DNA of 64,000 bases, from positions 12,672 to 76,671 of IMG/VR virus record IMGVR_UViG_2910942425_000008; one strand, given 5' to 3'. Shown in pieces: positions 46,640-56,353 of the stretch. The position numbers and the translations under genes were made by a program. The notes below the pieces were generated by a model. The model ran no database searches. It had not been told where the DNA came from and saw only the letters and a program-made list of their open reading frames with translations. The stretch's first letter is position 1. Each line of letters starts with the position of its first letter. Source of the DNA: a virus. Lineage: Duplodnaviria; Caudoviricetes.

Positions 46640-46922
46640 CAGATACTATAAAGTCTTTTTCAATTGCCATATTCCCGATACCTCTCAATCTTATTTCACC
46701 GGGGTTTGATGAATAAGTTGTGGGTTTCAGATTCTTTAATTTGTAATATTCTGTAAATCGCCTGTTTAAGATGGAAGTATTTTCAAGTGAAGTATTAGCC
46801 GATACTTCACCCGAAATACTTATATCATTTGCTACAGATAAAGCAAAGGCAGCTTCAGCAGAACCTGATTGCTGAATTGCAATATCAAACAAACTTTGTC
46901 CATCTAAAACAATCGTTTCCAT
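46626..46922 (-). CDS. LysM / tail X-like baseplate protein
   Basis: VLDGQSLFDIAIQQSGS...AND...GIGNMAIEKDFIV. Confidence 0.75.
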   Translation of the reverse strand: METIVLDGQSLFDIAIQQSGSAEAAFALSVANDISISGEVSANTSLENTSILNRRFTEYYKLKNLKPTTYSSNPGEIRLRGIGNMAIEKDFIVSDDSK

Positions 46923-47392
46923 TTCAAAACCAATACTATTAAACCAATACCTATAACAGCCATAAATATTTTACCGAACCACCCGCAAACGATCTGCCAA
47001 TCGGTTTGCTTATATACAATCACTTCTTTCACCACTTCCACCGGAACATCCTGATATATGTACCTGTCTTTGCCCGGTATATAAATTGTATCGGGCGGCT
47101 GGTACATTTTATATTGCAGGAAACCATTGTTGAAAAAGAAGCTGCTTTGCCAGCCTTTTGCTTTCAGTTCTTTCAGTTCCTTCAGTTGCACCTGGTTCAG
47201 GCTGTCACATTCAAACAGGGCTTCGATTGCGGCACTATCAGGCGGTAAAGCGTATGGCACAAGTTTCTCGACTTCTTTTTCAATGGTTTTTATCTCTACC
47301 TGTGTTTGTGGCTGTTGTGTTTTGCAGCTAACAGCCAAAGCCAGTACTGAACCTATGAAGGCTATTTTTAAAGTTGTTTTAAAGTTTTTCAT
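46904..47392 (-). CDS. Spanin-like lipoprotein
   Basis: MKNFK...LAVSCKT lipobox and C-terminal TM. Confidence 0.7.
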   Translation of the reverse strand: MKNFKTTLKIAFIGSVLALAVSCKTQQPQTQVEIKTIEKEVEKLVPYALPPDSAAIEALFECDSLNQVQLKELKELKAKGWQSSFFFNNGFLQYKMYQPPDTIYIPGKDRYIYQDVPVEVVKEVIVYKQTDWQIVCGWFGKIFMAVIGIGLIVLVLKWKRLF

Positions 47393-47792
47393 CGTTGTAT
47401 TCTTTTTGTACGTCAAAACATGGGCAGGCCTTATTTGCAAATTCATAATGTCCGTGAATCGTAGCATCCGGCAAAAAAGCTTTCAAGCCGGATATAAGCG
47501 CAGCCATTGCTGCTATTTGTTCCGGTGTGCGTGTATCTTTCGGGTTGCCGTTAGCATCTAAGCCCCCGATGTAGCAGATGCCGATGCTGCCAGCGTTATG
47601 CCCTGCAACGTGTGCGCCTATTTCGGATATATCGCGGCCTTTGTGTACAGTGCCATCCAGATAGATGACAAAGTGATAACCGATTGTCCTGAAACCTCGC
47701 GCCTTGTGCCACCGGGTGATATCTTCTACGGTGAAGCTTTGCCCTTCTTGTGTCGCCGAACAATGCAGGATTATGTTATTTATCTTTCTCAT
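47379..47792 (-). CDS. N-acetylmuramoyl-L-alanine amidase endolysin (T7-lysozyme-like)
   Basis: ILHCSAT, IGYHFVI, SIGICYIGG, HGH...KACPCF. Confidence 0.95.
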   Translation of the reverse strand: MRKINNIILHCSATQEGQSFTVEDITRWHKARGFRTIGYHFVIYLDGTVHKGRDISEIGAHVAGHNAGSIGICYIGGLDANGNPKDTRTPEQIAAMAALISGLKAFLPDATIHGHYEFANKACPCFDVQKEYNDEKL

Positions 47793-48225
47793 TGTTATCT
47801 GCCTTTTTCAAATATTCATCAATGGCTTTGATAAAATCTTCCCTGCTGGATAATATTGCAGTTACATCTTTTGCCCCGCCGGCAATCCGTTTCCGTTCCT
47901 TTTCATCAGCACGTTCAAAAACCGACTTGCCTTCAATCACCAAGACAAACAGGCAAAACAGAATAGAAAATATTGGTATCGATACCATTTCCGAACCATA
48001 AATTGTGATATCTATCATACCTCCGAAAGCCATCAGGGCAAGATATAGCAGCAATTTTGGCACACTGCGTTTCAATCCGTCTGAAGTGATCAGGTAACGC
48101 AGGCTTTTGGCCTTATACAGCCCTGCCATCAGGTCAATGAAAACTGCGATGATTACAAATAGCCAAAGAAGCATTACAAGCTTCGATTTTGGCAGATACT
48201 GATCTATGTGTATTAAAAAGTCCAT
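47776..48225 (-). CDS. Holin
   Basis: FIDLMAG...TSDGLKRSV...IEGKSVFE; same family as 37206..37718. Confidence 0.8.
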   Translation of the reverse strand: MDFLIHIDQYLPKSKLVMLLWLFVIIAVFIDLMAGLYKAKSLRYLITSDGLKRSVPKLLLYLALMAFGGMIDITIYGSEMVSIPIFSILFCLFVLVIEGKSVFERADEKERKRIAGGAKDVTAILSSREDFIKAIDEYLKKADNNEKDK

Positions 48226-48228
48226 ATA

Positions 48229-48549
48229 TTAAATGTCGATTGTGAATTTTGAAATATCATTGCCTGTGATCCTGATTTGAGCTTTGATGCCATCGGATGA
48301 CAATTCAGATTTCAATTCTGTTATAAATTTTTGCTTTTCGTGTGCTGATATGGTTTTCTTCAGGTAGTTATCAATACCTAAACCAAGCGTTGGCACTTGT
48401 TTAAATTCACCTTTTTGCGCAATGATGATAAACTTGCAACGCTGGTAATCGATATTACCAAGCACAAGGCCTTGTGTGATCAGCCCGTTGCTGTCTCTTT
48501 TCACAGCTACCTGCAGATCGTAATTTTCGTCAACTAATATGCCTGTCAT
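48229..48549 (-). CDS. Baseplate protein (gp25-like position)
   Basis: GILVDENYDL...GEFKQVPTLGLGI. Confidence 0.7.
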   Translation of the reverse strand: MTGILVDENYDLQVAVKRDSNGLITQGLVLGNIDYQRCKFIIIAQKGEFKQVPTLGLGIDNYLKKTISAHEKQKFITELKSELSSDGIKAQIRITGNDISKFTIDI

Positions 48550-49091
48550 TGTTTTATCTTTTCGTTTTCAAACATCTTTACTGAAGGTGAAGGTGTTATT
48601 GGATTAAAGATTAAACCAAGCGGTGAACCGTTACCCGCTACCAGGTGTGTAGATAAGAGGTCCTTCAATGTTTGTAAGTCAGTGTATAGCTTTACCATCC
48701 AATCAACCATATTAACAATCTTCACTAAACCTTGATTCTTACCATCATTGAAAACAAAACCTTCTTTATCCATTATAAGAGTTTGTTCACCGATCTTGAT
48801 TTTAACCTTTTCAACCTCTGAACATTTGACAATCACTGCTTCAGTTTTCAGATTCTCTACAATAGCTACCAGCACGTTGCTACCCACTTCCGGATATACT
48901 GTTACATAGCTTTGCAGATCATCATCAATAGCATTCAGCAATACATCATACAGGGTGGGCGCTTCATCACGTTCTACCGTGCATGTTGTTTCGGTCACCT
49001 CTGTAACCACACCCCAACACACTGTTTTTATCTGCATCTTACCAGCCTGTGATTTTATTGCCTGCTCGATTGTTTGTTCCAGTTGTCCCAT
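48546..49091 (-). CDS. Baseplate spike-like protein
   Basis: N-terminal OB-fold pattern (PEVGSNVLVA), FNDGKNQGLVK. Confidence 0.7.
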   Translation of the reverse strand: MGQLEQTIEQAIKSQAGKMQIKTVCWGVVTEVTETTCTVERDEAPTLYDVLLNAIDDDLQSYVTVYPEVGSNVLVAIVENLKTEAVIVKCSEVEKVKIKIGEQTLIMDKEGFVFNDGKNQGLVKIVNMVDWMVKLYTDLQTLKDLLSTHLVAGNGSPLGLIFNPITPSPSVKMFENEKIKQ

Positions 49092-49184
49092 TTATATACT
49101 TTAATACCGCTTTAAAATCGTTTAATTTCAATTTTACACCTGTAAGCCGTATGTTTTATCAATCACACAGTTTTAAGCCTTAAA

Positions 49185-50363
49185 TCAATTTGAAAATGTG
49201 CCAATATGAGAATGTGCCAATTGACGCAAAGCGACAATATTGTTAGCTAATTAGCACATTAGATTTTATAGCTTAATGTATTCTTCCTGGAAAAGCCGGA
49301 TGAATCGCTATAATTAATATTTACTTTTTCTATCAGGTATTTGCCGGCGCGATCAGGTTCCAGGCTATCGCGTATTTCAAGTGCATCACCAGCGTGTGTG
49401 CGTGGCAAACCAAAGCCTGTAATATCCCCGGTATAGCCATCATAGACCGTTTTTGCCATCACTGCGTTGGCACGTTCACGAAGTTCTGCTTCAGTCATTG
49501 GCCCGGCAAAGTTCAGCGTGCGTTCTGATGCATCTTTTTCCTTATTACCCACTATAACGGTTGTTTTTTTACCATTCGGATTGTTGGATATCGCTTTATA
49601 CCTTACTTTAAAATCTTCTTTTCGCTTGAATTTCAGATCGTTCTTTTTTACATTAGCCAGGTACATATTATCAGCTGGAGCATTGATGGTGTAAATATGC
49701 GTGTCTGTTTTTTCACCAAACTCATAAGCCAGGCCAACCTTCAAGATACCTTCCTGCAGCCTGCTGTATAATCCGTAATGCTTCATCAAGTCCTGAAGCA
49801 CGGCAAAGGCACTGGCATTATCTATCTGGTATTTGCCGATCCTTACATCAGGACAATCAAATTTTATTGATGATGGTATAATATCAGTCAGTACCTGTTT
49901 TAGTGTTGCATCCTTATAGCTTTTCACATAATTGGTTTGTCGCAAAGGATAGGTTTCATCATCACAGTGAATAATCAGCGGTATATCGCTTTCTATCTCG
50001 CGGATGTAGCCGGTAAATTCACGCGCAAGCACACCATCATAACCGGCATCAATTGTGACTTTATCACCAGCCTTGATTTGTTCCAGGATTGATTTGCCTT
50101 CCAGTTTTACATAGTTGCGTGGTATGGTGATTTGAGCCGTATTACTCATTTCAAGTATGTTCTCGTCAATGTCAAAAGCATTGACGTTTTTTAGAGAAAC
50201 ATTACCAAGCTGTACTTGTGCTGTCATATTCATAAATAGTAACATAGCACTGATTATTAAAATTAAATTCTTCATTTTTTAATTTGTAAATTAGCTAATT
50301 AGCATATTCGTAAATAACTTGTTGTTTTGCGCCAATTGGCACATTGGCATATTTTCAAATTGA
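49185..50363. repeat. Imperfect ~75-bp inverted repeats flanking the hub gene
   Basis: 49185-49260 vs 50291-50363 share TCAATTTGAAAAT, AATGTGCCAATTG and GCTAATTAGC blocks. Confidence 0.6.
49259..50275 (-). CDS. Baseplate hub (late control D / Mu gp44-like)
   Basis: NTAQITIP...GDKVTIDAGY...EFTGYI; GFSRKNTL C-terminus. Confidence 0.8.
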   Translation of the reverse strand: MKNLILIISAMLLFMNMTAQVQLGNVSLKNVNAFDIDENILEMSNTAQITIPRNYVKLEGKSILEQIKAGDKVTIDAGYDGVLAREFTGYIREIESDIPLIIHCDDETYPLRQTNYVKSYKDATLKQVLTDIIPSSIKFDCPDVRIGKYQIDNASAFAVLQDLMKHYGLYSRLQEGILKVGLAYEFGEKTDTHIYTINAPADNMYLANVKKNDLKFKRKEDFKVRYKAISNNPNGKKTTVIVGNKEKDASERTLNFAGPMTEAELRERANAVMAKTVYDGYTGDITGFGLPRTHAGDALEIRDSLEPDRAGKYLIEKVNINYSDSSGFSRKNTLSYKI

Positions 50364-50972
50364 CTAATTCTCATTGATTAATTGATATTCTATTGATTTG
50401 GTTGCCCTTGCTGTAATATTGTATGCAATGGTATCTTCGTATCCTTCTACAAATTCGATATCCAAATCCTGAATCACGATGGAATCGACACGCACAGCCG
50501 ATAGTATTTCACTATCTACCTTCCAGATGCTGTTTACTTCGAATATGTCATTAAGCGTTTCCAGCTTATCAAGTGGAAAGCAGTGTTCTTCCATATCTAT
50601 CAGCAATCCTCGCATCGTTATCTGGTAAGGCTCTGTACTGAACCGCTCGATAACCTCAATATCGCTGTTGTCAACAGGCGTAATGATTAGTCTTTTACTC
50701 CTTTTCAGGCTGATAACCGGAGGCGTGGCAAATACTTCACTGTATTCTTCAGCCAGTTCGCGGTAAGCAAACAGATATTCTTTGGAATTGTTTCTTAACG
50801 TCACGGCATCAAAGTGGGTGTTATTGTCAAACGCATACACCGATGCCTGAAAATTAGTATCATGCCTTTGCTTGATTGCCCTGTCGAAACCAGCTTCGAT
50901 AAGTGCATTGCTGATGTGTCCTGGTGTGAAACCAAACGCAGCCTGATACCTGCCTGAAAAATCGAAATTCAT
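50364..50972 (-). CDS. Tail tube initiator-like protein (DUF6046-like)
   Basis: PVISLKRSKRLIIT...VIERFS..PYQITMRG. Confidence 0.65.
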   Translation of the reverse strand: MNFDFSGRYQAAFGFTPGHISNALIEAGFDRAIKQRHDTNFQASVYAFDNNTHFDAVTLRNNSKEYLFAYRELAEEYSEVFATPPVISLKRSKRLIITPVDNSDIEVIERFSTEPYQITMRGLLIDMEEHCFPLDKLETLNDIFEVNSIWKVDSEILSAVRVDSIVIQDLDIEFVEGYEDTIAYNITARATKSIEYQLINEN

Positions 50973-51190
50973 AACCTTATACCTCTTAAAAAGCCTTCGT
51001 TACCTAACCATTGTAATTCTTTCCACCGTTTTACATATTCAAAATCATCCAGCATATCGGGATTCTCTTTGAAATAAAAGCGTATCATTGCATCCAACAT
51101 AGCAAAGAACTGATCGTCTTTACCTTCCTGTAAGCAACTTTCTAAATCCTCAATTTTGGGAATGTCAGAAAGTTGCGTTAGCAGTTTTTT
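50969..51190 (-). CDS. -1 frameshift extension of the tail chaperone (gpGT-like)
   Basis: A_AAA_AAC at 51190-51184, open -1 frame KLLTQLSDIP...FLRGIRL, ATGA coupled to the next gene. Confidence 0.75.
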   Translation of the reverse strand, partial: KKLLTQLSDIPKIEDLESCLQEGKDDQFFAMLDAMIRFYFKENPDMLDDFEYVKRWKELQWLGNEGFLRGIRL

Positions 51191-51528
51191 ACTACTGCAC
51201 GTCTTACAGGGATGAGTTCGGCGATACCAGATAAAGCACCGTTAAATAAACCGTCATCAGCAACGACAATATCTTTATGCGAAAGCAGGCACGCCTTTAC
51301 CAGAAGCTCATCAGCCCTTTTAGGGTCAACCCGGTCCATCTTTGTATATTGGCCCAAAACGGTTCTGGTGGGTACGATGGCAAGAACGGTCATAAATTCA
51401 GTACCTTCTTCATTTTTAGCGATGTCGATCATCTTTACTTTGTCCGCGCCATGTTTTTCTTTAGCTGCGGCAATCATTTCAGCGGTAATGCCAGCAGGCA
51501 GTTCTTGATTTTTTGTTTCTTCTTTCAT
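51178..51528 (-). CDS. Tail assembly chaperone (short form)
   Basis: Follows the tube gene; ends at a slippery site. Confidence 0.75.
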   Translation of the reverse strand: MKEETKNQELPAGITAEMIAAAKEKHGADKVKMIDIAKNEEGTEFMTVLAIVPTRTVLGQYTKMDRVDPKRADELLVKACLLSHKDIVVADDGLFNGALSGIAELIPVRRAVVKNC

Positions 51529-51547
51529 TGTTTATTTTGAATTAATT

Positions 51548-51961
51548 TTAATCTATATTTAGAGTCATATCCAGGACGAACATTTCGTATTCGTTCTGTA
51601 GCTCGCCATCGCCTGTCACTTCACGCTTGTTGCCTGTGAATTTCATCCAGACGATGTCATGTATCATTTCATTTTCGAAGTTGGCAAAGGTTACGTTCAC
51701 TGGGAACGGCCTGATTAATGCCAAATCGCCAAACTTCTTTTCAAGATCGGCAGCAACATCCAGCGCCAGTGTCATGCTTGCTTCGTATTCTATCGGTCCC
51801 ATCCGCCAACCTCGCGGCTTCCGTCTTAGGCCTCTCTGATACTCATGCGCATAAGTATAGCCATAGGTTATTGCAAGCGGATCGAAATCGTATATGCCGG
51901 CAACGGTAACTGTTACATCACCTGCAGAATATACTTCACCCATTCTTTTTACTCGTGCCAT
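51548..51961 (-). CDS. Tail tube protein
   Basis: 137 aa after sheath; YSAGDVTV...GPIEYEASMTL. Confidence 0.75.
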   Translation of the reverse strand: MARVKRMGEVYSAGDVTVTVAGIYDFDPLAITYGYTYAHEYQRGLRRKPRGWRMGPIEYEASMTLALDVAADLEKKFGDLALIRPFPVNVTFANFENEMIHDIVWMKFTGNKREVTGDGELQNEYEMFVLDMTLNID

Positions 51962-53202
51962 TACGCTTGATTTTTAAGATTGATAGTTCCCAGTATCTCA
52001 TTGATACAGCCTGTTGGCACAACACCGAAATCAATATTCAGAACTTTGGCAATCAACAGATCGCTGTTGGCATCCGTATATGTTTTGCCTTCTGATATCA
52101 GTTCATTACCTGCCAGGCGTTCAAATTCCCGATCTCCTATTGCATTATAATAGCCAACCATGCCTGTTGGTAGTTTACCAGATTCAAGTTGTACTGGTTT
52201 CTTTACTTCAGGCAGGTACACACGGCGCAAATTGCGCTTCGCTTCATCCATCGTGTGGCTGTAGTAAATCATGTGCTGGTTCATATTGCCTTGTGCATCT
52301 ATTATTATAGGCGCGCATACATGGCCATCGTTCCACCAGTAGCCTGTAAGGCCCTGATATTTGATAGGGAATACATATCCTTTGTCATTCAATGATTCCA
52401 GGCTTTCAAATACCTCACTGTATTTTTTGTGGTTACTCAAGCCTCCGATAGTCCAAACACCAAGTGTTGCATCAGTCAGGTTTTGCGTTTCCACTTCACC
52501 GGGATTACGGTTCCAGGCTTGCGATGCTATCACACCCAGAAAAGTACCTACATCTGCATACTTTTTACCCAGATCATCAAGTGTATCTGCATACACCCAG
52601 TCCTGGCCAAATACAATCGTTACTTTGGCTGCCTCAAGGGTTGCATCTCCAACTTTCAGCGCACGCAGGTCTATTGCACCTGAAGCATCATCGGCAAGCG
52701 CACGGCCTTCCAGAATAGTGTGCAAAGGCATATCGTTTTCATCAGTCCACACCGCAAATTGTTGAAGCGGCCCAATCGCAGCCCGCACATCGGAATTGAA
52801 GCCATCAGCCATTGTTTCCAGGTAACCGGCAGGCGGGTTATAACCAAAAGCTAAATCTGATATCATGCCGTCGGCTTCTACTACCAGTATTTTGGCAGAT
52901 TCAACCATATCAGCAGGCTTGAACGATTGTGCAATCAATCGCAGATGCAATGCACGGCCTTCACCGGCACGGCGGTAAAATTCGGATATGTGCCTGTACA
53001 CCCTTACCTTATTTGTTGTGTCGTATTCTTCTGTTATGCCTATTGCTTCAGCATCAGAAGGCCTTAACAACTTGTAAGTGGTGTTCAATTGGGCTTTGTC
53101 CTGAACTGCTATACCGCTACAGATGATGCCAAATTCACGGCTGTCACCTGCAACGTTTGCACCAATCCTGCCTTCTTGTAATGTTACACCTCTTAAACTC
53201 AT
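51961..53202 (-). CDS. Tail sheath protein (DUF2586-like)
   Basis: 413 aa; HISEFYRRAG...LNDKGYVFPIKY.GL.GYWWND. Confidence 0.75.
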   Translation of the reverse strand: MSLRGVTLQEGRIGANVAGDSREFGIICSGIAVQDKAQLNTTYKLLRPSDAEAIGITEEYDTTNKVRVYRHISEFYRRAGEGRALHLRLIAQSFKPADMVESAKILVVEADGMISDLAFGYNPPAGYLETMADGFNSDVRAAIGPLQQFAVWTDENDMPLHTILEGRALADDASGAIDLRALKVGDATLEAAKVTIVFGQDWVYADTLDDLGKKYADVGTFLGVIASQAWNRNPGEVETQNLTDATLGVWTIGGLSNHKKYSEVFESLESLNDKGYVFPIKYQGLTGYWWNDGHVCAPIIIDAQGNMNQHMIYYSHTMDEAKRNLRRVYLPEVKKPVQLESGKLPTGMVGYYNAIGDREFERLAGNELISEGKTYTDANSDLLIAKVLNIDFGVVPTGCINEILGTINLKNQA

Positions 53203-53208
53203 ATAAGC

Positions 53209-53565
53209 TTAGTTTTTAAGTTCAGCAATGCGATCTTCACACGCTTTGATAATTGTTTCACGGCCTGCACCTTCAAGTTCCAGGTCAAGGATTGCCTGAA
53301 CTTCATCGACTGATTGCAGTGCCTTTATTTCAGCCAGTTCTTCAGCTTCATCATTTTCATTAGAAAAAGATGTTGAGTAATCCAGTTTCTGGTACTTCTT
53401 TTTGTCACCGTTTACCGACAATTGCGCCCGGTTCTCACTGGTGAAGTATTCACCCTTGTCATTGATGAAAAGGGTATCCGTTTTCAGTTGTTTGGCAATG
53501 CTTTTGCCTTTTTCAATTTGTTTTTGATTTGCTTTCATTTGTCTCACTGAATTATAGTTATACAA
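53209..53565 (-). CDS. Hypothetical head-associated protein
   Basis: FINDKGEYFTSENRA; C-terminal E..G.GR.TII..C..RIAEL. Confidence 0.65.
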   Translation of the reverse strand: MYNYNSVRQMKANQKQIEKGKSIAKQLKTDTLFINDKGEYFTSENRAQLSVNGDKKKYQKLDYSTSFSNENDEAEELAEIKALQSVDEVQAILDLELEGAGRETIIKACEDRIAELKN

Positions 53566-54463
53566 TGTCAGATACTATTGCAGCAAAGCCTGTTTCAATC
53601 AAAGGCATTGCAATAAAATAGTTACGGAAGTTCACCAGATTACGCTGGTTTTGCGGATCGTTCTTTGCGTCAGACCAGTACATTTTGGTTGCACCGGTTG
53701 CTTTACCTACTTTTTTAAGTGGAAATACAACAGATGCCTGCATATCAGTACTATCATCCACTACTGCACCGAATGACAATTTTGTTTTCGCAGCGACATT
53801 GTAGAATGGATTGTTGGCAAACTCCCTGAACTCAAGACCCAGTTGATTCGTGATAACACCGCCTGTAAAGTTTGCATACGATTTTGCAAGCATAGAAGTT
53901 TCTTCTACAAGCAAGTCATTGACATGATCAGGACAAAGGACAAAACGCAAAAATTCGATAGGAACACCCATCTTGGCATAAGCCGAACGGATATTGATTA
54001 CATCTGTCCAACGTAAACGCCTGCGATTGCCAACCACTTCTCCGGTTGTAACCAAGACAGGATGATTAACAGCATTTGATGCAGGGCCAAAAGCATGAAT
54101 AGCTTTCTTTAGTCTGTTTTCAACCAAAGCTTCAGAATGTGCTTCTTTTACGTTCTTTATTTTGTCATAAGCCAAAGCATACAACTCATCATCCGTAATC
54201 GGTGTTGCTGTTGTTTGGTACTTATCCAGGGCAATGGGTATATCGCTACCATCCAGTGCCTGAATTGCGATAGGGTAAGTTGTGTTATTAATCAACACAT
54301 CAGGATGAACACCAAAGTAAGTGGAATGGATAACTTGCGCTTCATCATCGCCTGTTACATACTGGCTGTAATCTTTTATTCCATCCAGAAATGTATCTTT
54401 CAGGCCTGCATTGAACCCCTTTATCACTTCTCTGGTCCACACCTCTCTATAAACTTGTGCCAT
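53558..54463 (-). CDS. Major capsid protein
   Basis: 301 aa after the protease; VYREVWT..., LDKYQT..., VNFRNYFIAMP. Confidence 0.75.
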   Translation of the reverse strand: MAQVYREVWTREVIKGFNAGLKDTFLDGIKDYSQYVTGDDEAQVIHSTYFGVHPDVLINNTTYPIAIQALDGSDIPIALDKYQTTATPITDDELYALAYDKIKNVKEAHSEALVENRLKKAIHAFGPASNAVNHPVLVTTGEVVGNRRRLRWTDVINIRSAYAKMGVPIEFLRFVLCPDHVNDLLVEETSMLAKSYANFTGGVITNQLGLEFREFANNPFYNVAAKTKLSFGAVVDDSTDMQASVVFPLKKVGKATGATKMYWSDAKNDPQNQRNLVNFRNYFIAMPLIETGFAAIVSDIV

Positions 54464-54536
54464 AAAATATAATTTAAATATTAGTTAATTAGTTTCCTGA
54501 ATTTCTACTGCTAACTGTTGACTGTTAACTGATTCA

Positions 54537-55658
54537 TCACGCAGGTTCAACACCATATTCAGCTTTGTATAAAGCTTTGAATTGATCAGGATTTTCAAGC
54601 TGCATTTTTTCCAAAGCTTTAGGATCGTTTGTCTGATACCAGTTCCAGTCTTTCGAAGTATTTGCACCAGGCGTTTCCTTGCCTTCATGTTTGATCAGGC
54701 TGGTGATGTCAGTTGTTACAACTGCACCTGGTGTTTGTGGTTTCAGGATTGCAGCCAGTGTATCGACACCGCTGGTTTCACCAATCTTTTCATAAGTAGT
54801 ACGCAGATCACCTGCAGGAACTTTTGCATTATCAAGCATGGCTTTGATTGTGGCTGCTGCTTTAGCTTTAGCTTCACCTTCCAGTGTTGTAATGCGAGTG
54901 TTCAGACCTTCAAATTTCTTTGTCACTGCAGCAACTACATCAGCTTCTGAACTTTCTGCTGTAATTCCTTCCAATTGGAGTGCTGCAACCAATAATGTTA
55001 CTAATGGATTCATTTGTACATTGTTTTTATTGTTTTTGTTATCTAAAAAGGCAGCAAAGCGGTTGTACATCGCTTCTGCTGTCAAACCTTGTGAAATTTC
55101 GTCATCCAGGATTTTAATGTTTTTGGCTGTTGCCGGCAGTTTCTTTTTCGCAAAGCCATACTGTACCATTTCATCTGCATTCAGCCAGTGATCCTTTCCA
55201 TCAAACCATTTGGCTTTTATTTCTTCAGCTGTCATGTTGGTACGTTCCGAAACTCGTTTAATAAAGCTACCTTCCATATCACGCAGTAGTTTGGCAGTAG
55301 CAAGGTGTGCATCTGCATCCCCATCATCATAGCCTGATGGGCGGTGTACCATACCGAAACCATTTTCTGCAATAAATACATTTTCTATTGCAGGAAGCAT
55401 GAAGAAACCCATTGATGCAGCCACACCATCTATGATGATATTTACTTTCAGGTTGGTACGCTGCAAGGCATTGTACATAACATTGCCTTCAAATACTGAA
55501 CCACCATAACAGTGCATCCTGATGGTTACCTCTGTATAGCCTTTTGTTTCAAAACCGTCCAGCAATGAACTGAAACTGTTACCATCAGCAAAAAAGCTAC
55601 CTATATTGCCGTATAGTTTAGCTTCTACATGCTTCTTATTAATTTCTTTAATCTGCAT
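54537..55658 (-). CDS. ClpP-like head maturation protease / scaffold
   Basis: MHCYGGSVFEG, DGVAASMG, MVHRPSG, WLNADE; C-terminal scaffold. Confidence 0.85.
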   Translation of the reverse strand: MQIKEINKKHVEAKLYGNIGSFFADGNSFSSLLDGFETKGYTEVTIRMHCYGGSVFEGNVMYNALQRTNLKVNIIIDGVAASMGFFMLPAIENVFIAENGFGMVHRPSGYDDGDADAHLATAKLLRDMEGSFIKRVSERTNMTAEEIKAKWFDGKDHWLNADEMVQYGFAKKKLPATAKNIKILDDEISQGLTAEAMYNRFAAFLDNKNNKNNVQMNPLVTLLVAALQLEGITAESSEADVVAAVTKKFEGLNTRITTLEGEAKAKAAATIKAMLDNAKVPAGDLRTTYEKIGETSGVDTLAAILKPQTPGAVVTTDITSLIKHEGKETPGANTSKDWNWYQTNDPKALEKMQLENPDQFKALYKAEYGVEPA

Positions 55659-55744
55659 AATATTTTACATAAACCTGTTTTAATGGGTTTTTAAACCATT
55701 TGAGAAGGCTAAATTAGATTGCTTTCGATAATAAACCGCTATGC

Positions 55745-55807
55745 GTAGTAAAGCCATTTTACTAAATAGTAAAGTGGCTTTACTGTTTAGTAAAATGGCT
55801 TTACTAC
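55745..55807. promoter_or_regulatory. 63-bp palindrome of three AGTAAA-N5-TTTACT units in the divergent late promoter region
   Basis: 22-bp perfect arms 55745-55766 / 55786-55807; units start at 55747, 55768, 55789. Confidence 0.75.
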
Positions 55808-55843
55808 TTATTTGCAAAATGATCGATTATCCGGGTAATTTGT

Positions 55844-56353
55844 ATGAAAAAAATTGTACTGATGGCTAAGAAAATAGCAGAAAAGACAAAAAAGAAAGAG
55901 GCAAGCCCAAGTGAAAAGAAGCATGCTGAGTGGCTTTATGTAGAAAAAGGTTTATCACCGCAAGCAATTGCTGATGAACTGGAACGCAATATTAAAACCA
56001 TTTATGATTGGCGGGATAAGTATGGCTGGGATGAAACCAAACTATTGTTTGACACAGGACCGACACAGTTGAAAAAAGAACTGTTGCAAGCTGCTATGCG
56101 CATCATGAAAGGTGAAGTAAGAAAGGACGCTGCAGGTAACGAAATAAAGGAAATTGATGCTGATTCATTAAGCAAAATAATGAAAGGCTATGATTACATA
56201 AGTAAGAAAGCCAGCCCTGCAGTTTGCCGTGATATCCTGGTTGAATTGGACAACTTTGTCAGTGAACGTGAACCAAGGCTTGCTGCTGAAATGACACAGT
56301 ATCACAGAATGTTTTTAGTGTACAAAATAGGGCAGGAAAATGGCAGCAACTAA
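55844..56353 (+). CDS. Terminase small subunit (Mu-like)
   Basis: HTH AEWLYVEKGLSPQAIADEL...TIYDWRDKYGW. Confidence 0.75.
   Translation: MKKIVLMAKKIAEKTKKKEASPSEKKHAEWLYVEKGLSPQAIADELERNIKTIYDWRDKYGWDETKLLFDTGPTQLKKELLQAAMRIMKGEVRKDAAGNEIKEIDADSLSKIMKGYDYISKKASPAVCRDILVELDNFVSEREPRLAAEMTQYHRMFLVYKIGQENGSN

Noticed and set aside
54507-54534. 7-bp periodic ACTGYTR-like repeats
   Set aside because: Low-complexity intergenic pattern; no associated gene or array structure
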